Shown in pieces: positions 48,019 to 60,441 of a stretch of 64,000 bases of DNA. The position numbers were made by a program, and so were the translations under genes. The stretch comes from Squalus acanthias (taxonomy: Eukaryota): positions 8,928,001-8,992,000 of the forward strand of contig CM059452.1 of assembly GCA_030390025.1 (NCBI GenBank), given 5' to 3'. The notes under the pieces were generated by a model. It made no database searches. It was not told the origin of the DNA and worked only from the letters and a program-made list of their open reading frames with translations. Every line of letters begins with the position of its first letter. Positions within the stretch are counted from its first letter, which is position 1.

Positions 48019-50039
48019 CACAGTGATGGAAATCAGTCTCAACCCGTAAAAAAACTGCCATTGGACTGTAGGGCGGAGCTCCTGTCTGTTGGGGTTGTGT
48101 AGAATCGGGGCAGTTGTAGCCACAATGAGCAGCGCGCTGTCAGGCGCTCAAACACACACCGAGAGGAAACCAAATTAACCTCGGATCAAACTGTCACCCA
48201 ACTGTTTCCAGGAGCGGCCGAGAAAACAAACTGCAGAATCCAATCGGCTCAAAAGATCGATCAGAGAATGATCCGACCGGTTAAACTGTCCTTTTTGCTT
48301 CTGATCTGCTGTTTCCCCTTAAAATCATGGATCGATGTTCAGATCAGCTCCGAGAAAGAGGTCGCTGACACTGAAACGTCACTGAAATATCGCCGAAACA
48401 AGTCACCCAAAGATGGCCGACGGCACGTCACTCAAACATGGCCGACGGCACATCACTTCAACATGTCCGACATCGAGTCACAGGGACTGCAGACTGACGT
48501 CACGCAAACACAGAGTGGGAGAGACTTACGCTGACTGAAGCTCAATGCTACATTACATATTCTTCAAGTTTACAGAATAGAAATGGGAGAAATTATTAAT
48601 TGTACTTCAGTCATCTTTAATGCTTTGACCCCGATGATCCCTTCTGGCTGTACACGTTAATAGGGAACCGTCTACAGCAAGTGCAGATTGACGTCACAGA
48701 GACTGCAGACTGACGTCAGAGTGACTGCAGACTGACGTCACAGAGACTGCAGACTGCACGATGTCATCAGGGGACATGGGAATGGGAAAATCTGGGGATT
48801 GTGAAGGGAATGGAAGTGATGGGGAGAAATGAGCGAAAGGACAACCAGACACGGAACAGAAACACAAACAGCAGGTTCAAATTCTGAAATTGAACAATAG
48901 AAGTGATTGATTGAAAGGAATATCTGAGCAATGTACTTGTGCAGGTGAGTGAGGAACCCCTCAGTGGATCAGCTCAGTGCCTGTCTGTCCTCCATGGTTA
49001 AAGATTTAGGCAATGGAGCTGTGTAGGTGAATGAAGCCACCTCCATTGATCAGCTCTTGGTCTGTCTGTACACTTTGAGAGGGAGATAGATAAAGGTGAG
49101 ACTGAGTACAGTGAGACACCAACAGAGGGAGATTGATCCAGACGTATAAATATAAAGACACAGAACGGGAACAGTTTAATAAGGGTTGTGCTGACTATTG
49201 CGCCATGAGGATAACCCCTGAAGCCGTGCAGCGGGATAAAGGGATCGGCACTGTTCTGTGAAATACAAATGGACAATGAGAGGGCTGATTAAACACAGCC
49301 TGACTGAGGTAGAGTGACTCACACGGACACAGGGCCGGTGAGACTGACGCTGACTGAAGCTCAGACACACACACACAAACTGCAGACTGCATGGTGTCAC
49401 CTGGGGACATGGGAATGAGTGGGAATCTGTGAAATGTAAAGGGAATGAGGGAGATGGGGTGAAATGAGCAGAACAGATGTTGAAAATCATCAGAAACAGA
49501 GGCAAAAATGAACAGACAGGTAACAGAAAAACAAACAGCAGGTTAAAATCAAACAAAGAAATTGAAGGAAAAGGACAATGGAAGTGACTGAATGAAAGGA
49601 AGATCTGAGCAATGTACCTGAGCAGGTGAATGAGGCCCCTCGCGGTGCAACAACTCAGTGCCTGTCTGTACACAATGGTTGAAAGGTTTTCCCCAGGTAG
49701 CAACTCTTAGACATGGGTCCCAGCGGGAGAAGTCCCACACAGGCCCTGGAAGGAACCATTCGCGACAGAGACACATGGAAGTCTGTCCACCCGGCAAGCC
49801 GCCCCGCCTCCTCCGGCATAGCTACAGACAGACTCACCTTGGATTCTCCCATATGTGGGGGCGGGGTCAGAGACATAGAAAGCTGTTACATGGTAGGTGA
49901 GGGGTTCGGGACTGGGCGGAGGGGGGTTGAGTGACAAACCTCTGCTATGTCAGAGGAGGTCACAGCCACCGAGCTGAAGTCAGGTTGATGAATGTCACTA
50001 TCTTTAAACGCTCTGTCTCACTGCATATGTATTTAAAAT

Positions 50040-51020
50040 GTATTGTAGAACGCTGCAATATAAATAGGGGCATGGCCTAGTTTCATAATACCTGAGATAG
50101 AGTCGTGTGTAATGTAAACAGAGACATGGTCTAGTGCAGTGATAACTGAGAGAGGGACAAGTGAAGTATAAACAGAGACTTGTCTAGTGCAGCAATTGCT
50201 GAGATGGGGCCTAGTGTTATACAAACAAAAAGATCGTCTAATGCAGTAATAAACGAGACAGGTCTAGTGTAATACAAAAGAGACATGGCCTAGCAGAGTA
50301 ATAACTGAGACAGGACCTAGTGCAATATAAATAGAGACAGGTTCTAGTACAATAATAACTGAGGCAGGGTCTAATGTAATATAAACAGAGACAGCGTCTC
50401 GTGCAGTAATAACTGAGACAGGGTCTAGTGTAATATAAACAGAGACAGGGTCTAGTGTAATATAAACAGAGAGAGGGTCTAGTGTAATATAAATAGAGAC
50501 ACGGTCTAGTGTAGTAATAACTGAGACAGGGTTTAGTATTATATAAAAGAGATAGGGTATAGTGCAGTAATGAAAATGACAGGGCCTAGTGCAATATAAA
50601 CAGAGACAGGGTCTAGTGTAATATAAACAGAGACAGGGTCGAGTGTAATATAAACAGAGACAGGGTCTCGTGCAGTAATAACTGAGACAGGGTCTAGTGT
50701 AATATAAACAGAGACAGGGTCTAGTGTAATATAAACAGAGACAGGGTCGAGTGTAATATAAACAGAGACAGGGTCTAGTGTAATATAAACAGAGACAGGG
50801 TCTAGTGTAATATAAACAGAGACAGGGTCTAGTGTAAGATAAACAGAGACCGGGTCGCGTTCAGTAATAACTGAGACAGGGTCTAGTGTAATACAAACAG
50901 AGACAGGGTCTAGTGTAATATAAACAGAGACAGGGTCTAGTGATATATAAACAGAGACAGGGTCGCGTGCAGTAATAACTGAGACAGGGCCTAGTGTAAT
51001 GCAAACAGAGACAGGGTCCA
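50040..51020 (-). repeat. 27-bp satellite array, reverse orientation
   Basis: TGTAATATAAACAGAGACAGGGTCTAG units; same family as 1-1243. Confidence 0.95.
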
Positions 51021-51726
51021 ATTTAATCTATAATTATTTTTCTTTTCACGGTTTGTATCTCACTATTTCATCTCTTCTGATACCTGCTCAGTTAGTCTTT
51101 TGTATTTAGCCGGTCCTCTGACTATCTGGCACGGAGCCAAGTACACACCATGCCCTTCCTTAGAGATTATTATTCGGTTAATGTTTGTTCATTAGCTTCT
51201 TATCCTGTCCAGAATTTGACCTTCTGGAACCTGCTTTTACTGCAGATTCTTACTTTATATATGGGCAAGTCTCGATAATATTGAGAAATTTTTAATAAAG
51301 TTATTAGAATTATTGGGGTCTTCCCCGTCCGACCTATCACTTTCTACACTGTAGACTGATATTTTAAACCAATCATTATTTGTCCGTTTGCCGTGCGTTA
51401 TATCCGAAGCAGCGGTGCACCAGGTACAGGCCACCCGCAGGTGTGTTTATTCTTAATGGGACTGGCGTTTCTCAAAGATACACAAATACACGTCAACCAT
51501 TTCTGCCGTCACACAGTTAATACAATAATCAGACGGAATCAGTATTCGATGTGAACGGTTTTATCTGAGTTTGATGTGGATTCTGCTCGGAGTCTGCGCG
51601 CACAGGAATGTAGTCACGTGTCAGTGTCTGACCCGCTGTGATAAACAGCCCACAACAGGCAGCAGCTGTGACCCAGAAACCTGCGGCAGTTATTGGACGA
51701 GGCTTTAGCTCGTTCCCATCACTGTG

Positions 51727-52806
51727 AGCCTCAGTGCACAGTAATATACCGCGGTGTCAGTCAGCCGCAGTCCCGAGATGGTCAATCGGTACAACTTGAC
51801 TGACCGCTGGACTGCATCGGAATACCGGCCTTGAGCGAAATCCGCCTGATATTCAGAACCGCCGCTCGTGTACCTCTGGACTGCAAACTCGGGCTGTCTG
51901 CCTGGGTATTGGCGGTACCAGAACAAGTAATAACCATCGGTGGAATAGCTGTAGGTTAAAGTGGCATCTTCTCCCTCTGTCTGTGTGAGTGAGGACTCCC
52001 GCTGAGTAACAGAATCTGCATCGCTCAGATCTGGAACACTCGGGTAAAGAAAGCGGAAATTATGGATTAAAGATTCAAACTGAACCAACTGACGGTGAAA
52101 ATTCGCATTGAGTTTTACATAAAATTGAATAGAATTTACTGCACAGAAATAGATCATTCGGCCAACTAGTCTATGTCCGTGTGTATACTCCACACGAGCC
52201 TCCTCCCACCACTCTGGTTCTAACACTATCAGCATTTCCTTCTATTCCTGTCTCTCGCGTGTGCTTATCTAGCTTTCCCATAAATGCTTCTCTGCCATTC
52301 GCTACAACTATTCCTTGTGGTAGTGAGTTCCACATTCTCACCACTCTCTGGATAAAGACGTTTCTCCTGAATTCCCTACTGGATGTATTTGTGATTATCT
52401 TATATTTATGGTCCCTAGTTTAGGAATCCCCCCAAGTGGAAACCTCTTCTCTACGTCTATCGTATCAAAAACCTTCATAATTTTGAAGACCTCTAGCAGG
52501 TCACCTCCCAGTCTTCTCTTTTTCAGAGTAAAGAGCCCCAACTTGTTCCATAGTTACAACCTCAGTTCTGGTATCATCCTTGTAATTTTTTGCACCTGCT
52601 CCAGTGTCCCTATATCCTTTTTTTATTATGGAGACCAGAACTGTGCACAGCTCTCCAAGTGTGATCTAACCAAGGTTCGACACAAGTTTAAGTAACTTCT
52701 CTGGTTTTCAATTTTATTCCTCGACGAATTAAGCCGTTTTAAAAGTTATAAAATTCTGACCGAAAATGAATGTCACCCACACCACAGAGAGAACAGGGAG
52801 CCACAT
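51727..52806 (-). pseudogene. TRAV/DV: TCR alpha/delta V, probably non-functional (first canonical Cys lost)
   Basis: Leader 52806-52761 (MWLPVLSVVWVTFIF), V exon 52030-51727 open but ATLTYSY instead of ATLTCSY; ends DTAVYYCALR; CACAGTG-23-CCAATAACT; CR1 fragment in the leader intron. Confidence 0.8.
52128..52720 (-). mobile_element. CR1 3' fragment inside a TCR V leader intron
   Basis: GGAGACCAGAACTGTGCACAG, GAGTTCCACATTCTCACCACTCTCTGG and a CR1 tail. Confidence 0.82.
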
Positions 52807-53069
52807 TGTTGCTGCTCCGCAATTCGAGGGACTTTTTGTGTCTCAGAAACCTGCAGAACATCAAATAGTAGGAGCTGAGAGCGTCGGCTGGGGCTGGGCG
52901 AATGTCACTTCCTGCAGAACATCAATCAGAAAGAGCTGAGGTCGCCGGCTAGGGCTAGCCTGATGTCACTTCCTTAACCACAGGTGTGTTTGTTGCAGAG
53001 TACTGAATCATCCACTAACGTCACATTCTGCTGATCAGAGAGAGAAATACTAATAAAAAATACACCGTA

Positions 53070-53335
53070 ATCTCTAATTGACCAGAGAGACAGCTTGATC
53101 TCTAATTGACCTGAGAGACAACTTGATCTCTAATTGACCAGAGACACAGTTTGATCACCAATTGACCGGAGAGACAGCTTGATCTCTAATTTGCCTGAGA
53201 GACAGCTTGATCTCTAATTGACCAGAGACACAGCTTGATCTCTAATTGACCTGAGAGACAGCTTGATCTCTAATTGACCGGAGAGACAGCTTGATCTCTA
53301 ATTGACCTGAGAGACAGCTTGATCTTTTATTGACC
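53070..53335 (+). repeat. 28-bp tandem repeat, about 9 copies
   Basis: TCTCTAATTGACC(A/T/G)GAGAGACAGCTTGA starting at 53071, 53099, 53127... Confidence 0.93.
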
Positions 53336-54097
53336 CGTTGAGAGTCGCCTCAAAGTGACAAAAATATTTGAATATAAATGAAGATATTGAGTTTACTTGA
53401 CTCACTGTCACTAATCAGACTGAGGTGGTTGACGGGGGTCGGGTTTGATTAACCTTCTGCTGGCGACACACAAGGGGAAGATTTCCTCTGGTCTCTCTGC
53501 GTTAGCGACATCCCAAACACAGCGGGAAATCTCGTCAGATCGCTAGTTTAGTGCAATCAGTATTCATTATTGTAGAATGCGTTCACTATGTCACTAGAAA
53601 TCTGCCGCACACTGTGGAAACCTCGGTGTAAACACGAATGTTACAGGAGAATCAGATTATTGCTCTCTGTGAGCCGTCAAACACCGACAGAAATTAAACC
53701 AATACTCAGAAAAGGGAAGGTTCAGAGCCCTTTGAATATAATCCCAAACCTAAGCAACGCTGCACACTTCTGTGCTGGTTTAAGGGGTGTGAAAATGAAA
53801 AAAACACAGCGGCAGTGAAGAGGGAAACTTGAAATTGAACAGACATTACACGGTACATTGGCCTATTAAACCTGCGCAGGTTTCCTCCTGTTCATTCCTC
53901 ATTATAGAGTGAATGAAATCTAAAACCATACTCCTCTATTCAGAGCTGTTGTGAGTTGCCCTGTGGGAATATTCTGTCCTGACAGTAACTGTCCTAATCA
54001 GACCATCACAGGCGGGTATTCCGGCCACACACTGTTCTATTTACACGCGGTGTGCTGCAGTTTTTGTACAGGGCGAGCACAGAGCTGTGCAGCTGTG

Positions 54098-54541
54098 GGT
54101 CTCAGAGCGCAGTAATACACGGCGGCGTCTGACAGCTCCGCCCCAGAAACTGTCAGCCGAACCGCGCTCTCCTCTGCGCTCAGCTCCGCTGTAAAACGGT
54201 CCTTGGCGAAGTCGGCTGGGAAGGTGCCGTATATGGTGATAAGCAACACGTTCACCGGAGGCCGACCGGCAAGCTGCCGGTACCAGAAAAGTCGAGGGTT
54301 TGTATCTGTTGTTGTAAAACTACAATTCAGCGTCACCGCTTCTCCTTCCCGCACCGTCCTGGTCGAATAGTCTTGGTGCACGGAATCGCCGCCAACTCTG
54401 TTGGCTGGAAGAGAAATTGATAATTTACAAATAACCGCACCACTAACCGGACCTATTGGTGTGTGTTCTATTCGGATTCCACATGTACTTACACAGCACA
54501 GAGAGGGCCAACACCACACTGAAATAAACAGGGAAATACAT
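54098..54541 (-). CDS. TRAV/DV: TCR alpha/delta V segment, intact
   Basis: Leader 54541-54493 (MYFPVYFSVVLALSVL), V exon 54404-54098 GDSVHQ...LNCSF...FWYRQ...DAAVYYCALRP; RSS CACAGCT-23-ACAAAAACT (54097-54059). Confidence 0.93.
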
Positions 54542-55793
54542 CGCTGTCCGCGGGTCACAATATGAGCATCGACCCCTTCTCTGCTGTCGCATAAACTGCT
54601 ACCAGTACAGGACCAGGCTGAGCTATTTAAACCTGTGACAAGCATAGAAAGGGAAGTGACTCTGTAACTATGTCACATCCGTTTGTGGTAATTTCACACC
54701 ATCAGGGAGCAGGAAGTGTGCGCAGCAACATCCGAAATATTTCAATGGAGATTCCTCTGGTCGGTATTTCAAGGGAAATAGTAAACTCTTCCTTTTTGAA
54801 TAAATTAATTTCACAAAAAAACGTATTTAAGTTTCATTTAGAGGGAGACCAGAGGAAATCTTCGTGAAACAATGTACCATTCCCTGCACTCTGAGCAGAG
54901 AAACTATCCCCCTTCCTTAGTCATTTAGGTCATTGCATGTAGCAGTGGCATTTTACATAGACAGCGTTGAACTGCCCTTAGCGTTACCCGGGGACAATAA
55001 ATGACGTTTGTTCAGCAAATAACGACCGAGAGACTATGGAAATTCGCTCCACGGCGCCACCACTTGGACGGAGCCAGAAACTACATGCTGACTGCTCTCC
55101 TTGGCCACTGTAACCCCCAGTGTCTCTTTAACTCTCCTTCTGAGCTCATTTCACAGAAACATAGAATCTTACAGCACGGAAGGTGACCTTTGCCCCGTTG
55201 TGCCTGTGCTGTTAGTACCACTGCCCTGCTCTTTCCCCATAGCCCTGAAAATGTTTCCTTTTCAAGTATATTTCAAATTCCATTTTCAAATTTCTTTTTA
55301 TAGGGAAGGCAGCATCCTACCCAAGATTTGTACCAATATATAGAGAGATAATGTAAACCTTTGATCCTCGGAAATTGCTCGGAGCACCTGTGTGTGTGTG
55401 TGTCTCCCCCAATCTCTCTATAAAGATGAGAGATAATTATATAGAAAAACGAATAAAAGGAAGACAGAAGGAGGATGTAAAGTTTGTTTTGTAATATTGG
55501 AAAATAATGAGCTGTTGAAGCGGTTCCCGGTAACCTCGCCACAAGCAGGCTGTTTAAAATCGATTCAATATACCCATTTGAGTTTGTTGTAAAGTGTTTG
55601 TGCTACAGAGGAGCAGCAGGTTATTGGTCAAGAGACGGACACAAGTTCCTCGCAGGTCTCTGTCTCTCTCTCACTGTGGAGGCTGAATTATCGCTTCTGT
55701 TTGTCGGTGTGAGAGCGCCCTCTGGTGAGCACTAACTGGAACTCTCAGTGTGGGGTTTTTGTACGGGATCCGCTATGTCTCGGCAGCAGTGTG

Positions 55794-56297
55794 GGGCTCA
55801 TGGCACAGAAATACACGGCGCTGTCGGAGATCAGGACGTTGCTGATCGTTAGCTCGGCAACCGTGGTAGTTTTATTAAATGTAGAAGAGAATCGGTCTAT
55901 GTCAGTGAAGTCGCGGTTCCTGTTTACTATCCCTGCAATAATATAAACCACGTACTGTGGAGGCTGCCCGGGGTGTTGACTGTACCAGAACACTGTAGGT
56001 ACAGTAGTGCCTGTTTTCACGGTGCAGTTTAGAGTGACATTACTTTCCTCTTCAACTGTCATTTCAGGAACCGGCTGTTCCACTGAGTCTTGGCGGCTCC
56101 ATTCTAAAATGACATAATAGTAATATTCACCATCATCATCACCTCAATTAACATAACCATCATCATCACCATCATTTCACCAATAATAACACCTGGGTTA
56201 CAGCAGTCAGGGGAAGAATGCATTATTCCTGGGTGGGAAGGAAATACTTACTGAGAAGTGATATAATGATGAGGAGCGGTGCGAGACGGTGCCGCAT
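55794..56297 (-). CDS. TRAV/DV: TCR alpha/delta V segment (CAM subfamily, copy 2), intact ORF
   Basis: Leader 56297-56252, V exon 56103-55794 DSVEQP...LNCTV...FWYSQ...DSAVYFCAMSP; RSS CACACTG-24-ACAAAAACC (55793-55754). Confidence 0.92.
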
Positions 56298-57127
56298 GAT
56301 GCTCCCTGAGTCTGTAACTCTGCAGTCCGGGAAATCCTCTGTCGGAGAAGAAATGCAGTTCCCCGCCCCACTGCACTGTTAATCCAACCAATGCCAAACA
56401 AGGAACCGAGGCAGCAATCCCTCCAATAACACAGGGCAGGCAAGGCGGGTCAGAGCGAGAGCAGCAAATGGAAGCTGTGGGCGGGGCTGCCGCGGGCAGT
56501 GTCACCGCAAGATTTGTCTCTAAAATTTCCAGTTGATTACGGCCAGAAACATGTGACCACGGCGCCCTCTGGCGGTGACCCGGGACTGTACACTGTCAGC
56601 ATCCTGGGCAGAGTAAAGTGTGAGTACGGGACAGTTGCCAGCGGCTTGATATTGGGAGTCGCGTTTCAGACAATTCAACTGTGCAAACAGGGCGAAGGGA
56701 AATGTGAGTGAATTTAAAGGATTTTACATTATTTCCGAACCATTTTCTTTATGGCTTTCTCTTACCTTTTAGCTTTGTGTTTCTCACTCGTTGTTTCTCA
56801 CTTATTTTTATTTCTCTTTCCCTCCTTTCCAAATTTGCTGTGCTCAACACTCTCATTATTTCACCGCTTTTTCTCTTTCTCTCTCTCTCATTCTCTCTTT
56901 TGTGTTTTCTCTTTCTTTTCCTCTGTCTATGTTTCCAACTCTCTTCATTTCTCACTTTATTCAAATCATTCTCTTCAATATATCATCATTGTTCTGTGCT
57001 CAGTCCCTCTGTCCTCCGATTATTATAACCGGGCCCCTCCCAATCCCGTTACTCCAAACACAGCAGGGCGGCGCTCCCTCTCGGTGCAGGTTTCTGTGCG
57101 GACTCTCCGCCTGTTTGTTACACTGTG

Positions 57128-57461
57128 GGCTCACGGCGCAGAGATAGGTGGCACTGTCTGTCACTCGCGCGTCTCTCACAGTCAGGACACTGAGTTTATT
57201 GCCTCCCCCGATTGAAGCAGTGATCCTCCCGTGTTGATCGGTCCCGCTTGTGGCCATCACCAGGTGCTGGAGGGTCTGATCCGGGTGCTGTGTGTACCAG
57301 TGCAGGACGGTAAAGGCAGCGGTAGCGGAGCAGTTGATGGACACGATTCCCTCTTCACTAACAACCACCAGCCGAGGGAGCTGCTCCACCTCATCTTCAC
57401 CGCTCACATCCGTGCAGATCAGAATGTAAATCAGCAGGGAGACTCTGCAAATCCGGAGCAT
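57128..57461 (-). CDS. TRAV: TCR V-alpha-like segment with leader and V in one exon
   Basis: Single ORF MLRICRVSLLIYILICTDVSG-EDEVEQ...INCSA...LHWYTQ...DSATYLCAVSP; RSS CACAGTG-23-ACAGAAACC (57127-57089). Confidence 0.9.
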
Positions 57462-57634
57462 TATCCGAACAGATTAAAAGGAGGCTGGAAGAATTGTACA
57501 CAGAGGTCGGGCAAGAACCAGGACTCTGATATTATATCCAGGAGAATTAGGAAGGAGACAAACTCCCATTCATGTCCAACTCCGAGGCTCCTTCCGGTCG
57601 AACTAGCGAAACTTGCTGCGTCTCGGGCTTTACC

Positions 57635-57867
57635 CACACCGGGCCGCCCACACACAGTGTTTCTCACTGACACCAGCTCACGCTGTCTCTGAGCTCACAC
57701 CGGGCCGCTCACACACAGTGCCTCTCACTGACACCAGCTCACACTGTCTCTGAGCTCACACCGGGCCGCTCACACTCAGTGTTTCTCACTGACACCAGCT
57801 CACACTGTCTCTGAGCTTACACCGGGCCGCTCACACTCAGTGTTTCTCACTGACACGAGCTCACACT
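57635..57867 (+). repeat. 61-bp tandem repeat, resuming at 58620-58700
   Basis: ACACCGGGCCGCTCACACTCAGTGTTTCTCACTGACACCAGCTCACACTGTCTCTGAGCTC at 57636, 57697, 57758, 57819. Confidence 0.92.
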
Positions 57868-58619
57868 GGCCCGAAAATTAAACCTATAACGCGAGAGTAC
57901 GCACTGTGTACTCTCGCGTATTAGGTCCCGAATTGCCGGTTTCCTGCATGCACTGCGCATGCGCGGGAAACCGGCACTTCGTGTATGGCGTTGGGGGCGG
58001 TTCCTAAGTGAACCGCGTGCGCGCTACAGGTTGTGCGCACGCAGTGCACTTAGTTTTTTTTCAGGTTTGAACCCGCAGGTAAGTGGTGAAGATTTTACAC
58101 ATAAAGAAAGCAGGCGTAGGACCCCCTTTTAACAAGGTAAGTAGTTAATTAAGTGTTATTTTAAATTTGTTTCAACAGGTTTATCTTTTTTAGAGACTTT
58201 AAAGAAATGTAAGTTTATTTTTATAACTTTTAAAAAGATTTTAAGTATTTTCAAAAATTTAATTTTTTGTTTAAAGTGGTTAATTTATTTAACTATACTT
58301 ATTTTATTAATGTGAAGGCTTTTTAAAAATTTAATTGAGGTTTAGCTGTTCTTTTGGGGGCTTGTAGTATTTATAGCTTTGCTGTCAAAACTATGAATGA
58401 AAGATGGTGTGCTGCCATTGGCTCTAACTGAATCACGTGATCCCAGAGCTCGCACGAACTAATTGCGCCTCCGTGACAAGCAAGCACTGCACGGTTGCAA
58501 CAGGGAGAGGCCCTGAAACTAAAGTTCGTGTGGGCCCCAAACAAAAAGGTAGGCGCGGAGTGCGATATCGCGGGGAATCCTTACCCCCGCGGGAACCATC
58601 GATGTTTAATTTCTGGGCC
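57868..58619. mobile_element. MITE / non-autonomous DNA transposon
   Basis: TIRs GGCCCGAAAATTAAAC...GTTTAATTTCTGGGCC, imperfect 3-bp TSD ACT/ATT, interrupts one 61-bp repeat unit cleanly. Confidence 0.8.
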
Positions 58620-59557
58620 ATTGTCTCTGAGCTCACACCGGGCCGCTCACACTCAGTGTTTCTTACTGACACCAGCTCACACTGTCTCTGAGCTCACATT
58701 GCGCAGCAGTACAACGGCCCCTCGTTATGTTAACGGTGAGCCATATTTTAGACATAGTATTCGGTATCTTATTAAACACAATCTGACAAACTATTAAGCA
58801 GCAGTGTTGGTTTACACTGCCCTCTTGTGACTTTTCTCCTGATGCACATTTCAACTTTCGGTGCAATGAATGTAACGTGGATTGGTCTGTCTGGACACCG
58901 CGAGATTTAATTTGGGTCGTTTTTACGTGTCGTGTAAAATACAGAATCGAGACACTCTTCAGGAGTTCATTCTCAATGAATGTTAATACATTAAAACACA
59001 AAAAAGGTGATTAAGCCCATCAAATCTTCACTTCCGTTCTCGCTCCCTGCACGCTTTAATAATGCTCTAAGTACCCAATATGCTTCTGTATAAAAGAATA
59101 ATTGATGGAGTCTGCGTCACTAACAGTGTCTGGCAGCGAATTCCACCTTCTCACCTCTCTTAAATAGGAATCTTTTTGAAGAATGATCGTCAGTACGAAG
59201 ATTTTTTTCCTCTTTCCGATTAGTTCTGGGATGTGTCCAGCACATTGTGGGTGAGGCCGGTAACGGTCAGACAGAATCCTCACCCATTCCCGGGATCGGA
59301 TGATGAGATATCCGGGACAAAGCAGAACAGCACACGGAGCTGTGTGCCGCGGTCGCGGGCAGTGATGATGAACACAGACAGCGACAATGATCATTGGCAG
59401 CTCATTGAAACCAGGCTCTGGGTTTGATTCAGGAAATGATGGGGACTCCGTGTGCTGACAGAAACATTTCAAATTCTCCCCTGCAGTCCGAAAGCTGCAA
59501 CTGAGAGGAGGCAACGGGTGAAGTGCGGGCTCCCAGTGCGGGGAGACTACGGCCATT

Positions 59558-60346
59558 ATGGAGTTTGGGCTTTTCGTTATTTGGGGCCTAACAACGTTGT
59601 TATTCGGTTAGTTTCTTTTTTTATACATCTGTGTCTGTCTGTCCATTCCACTATTGACACAAGTGTCCTCTGTTCATCGATCTCGATGTCTGCCCACCTA
59701 TCTGTCTAATTGTCTATCCACCTGTCTCTCTACTTGTCTGTCTCTTTATGTGTGTATCTCTCACTGTCTGTCTCTCTCTCTCTCTCGCTCTCTGTCCTTT
59801 GTCTGCCTGTCGGCCTGCTTTTCTCTTTGCCCCCCTGCTGTCTGTCTGTCTCTCTGCCTCTCTGTCTGTCTTACCCTCTGTCCACCTGCCTGTCTATCTA
59901 TATCCAGCCATTTATCTGATGCTTTCTCTTTCTTTCTCTTTGTCACCCTGTGTACACACAGAGAGATAGACAGATGTATTGTTAAAGAAAGAATAACGGG
60001 TGATTTGTTCTTCTCTCTGTATCCATGGGTAACCGGGAATGTTTTCTGCAGGACTGAGTTCTGGAGACTCTGTCGATCAATCGCCAACAGAAGCACAATA
60101 TCCGCAAGGAACCTCGATGAGTATTAATTGCAACTGTTCAACCTCCGGAGCGAGCTACTACCTGGAGCTTTATAGTCAGAACCAGGACAAGGCTCCCACT
60201 CTCGTAATTCGAAGACATTCCTATGGAAAGGACGAAGTTAACGGCCGTTTCTCTGTCATTCTGAACACGTCGAAAACTGTCGCTGTATTCACAGTGACTG
60301 CGCTGCAGCTCGCTGACAGCGCCGTGTACTACTGTGCACTGAGGCC
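59558..60346 (+). CDS. TRAV/DV: TCR alpha/delta V segment lacking conserved Trp (copy 2)
   Basis: Leader 59558-59606 (MEFGLFVIWGLTTLLF), V exon 60052-60346 ...INCNC...YLELYSQ...DSAVYYCALRP; RSS CACAGTG-23-ACAGTAACC (60347-60385). Confidence 0.88.
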
Positions 60347-60425
60347 CACAGTGAGAAGGGCCTCCGGACTTCTCGTACAGTAACCGTGTTCTGTGAGATC
60401 AGCTCAATGAAGCTGCTTTAAACCC

Positions 60426-60441
60426 GGCCACCAGGTGGCGC
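60426..60441 (+). promoter_or_regulatory. CTCF-like motif downstream of a V RSS
   Basis: GGCCACCAGGTGGCGC about 40 bp after the nonamer; mirror copy at 39627-39642. Confidence 0.65.

Noticed and set aside
57635-57867. Heptamer-like CACAGTG/CACACTG in the 61-bp repeat, and lone heptamers at 38366, 43804 and ~46759
   Set aside because: No nonamer at 12 or 23 bp spacing, so not credible RSSs or D/J segments.
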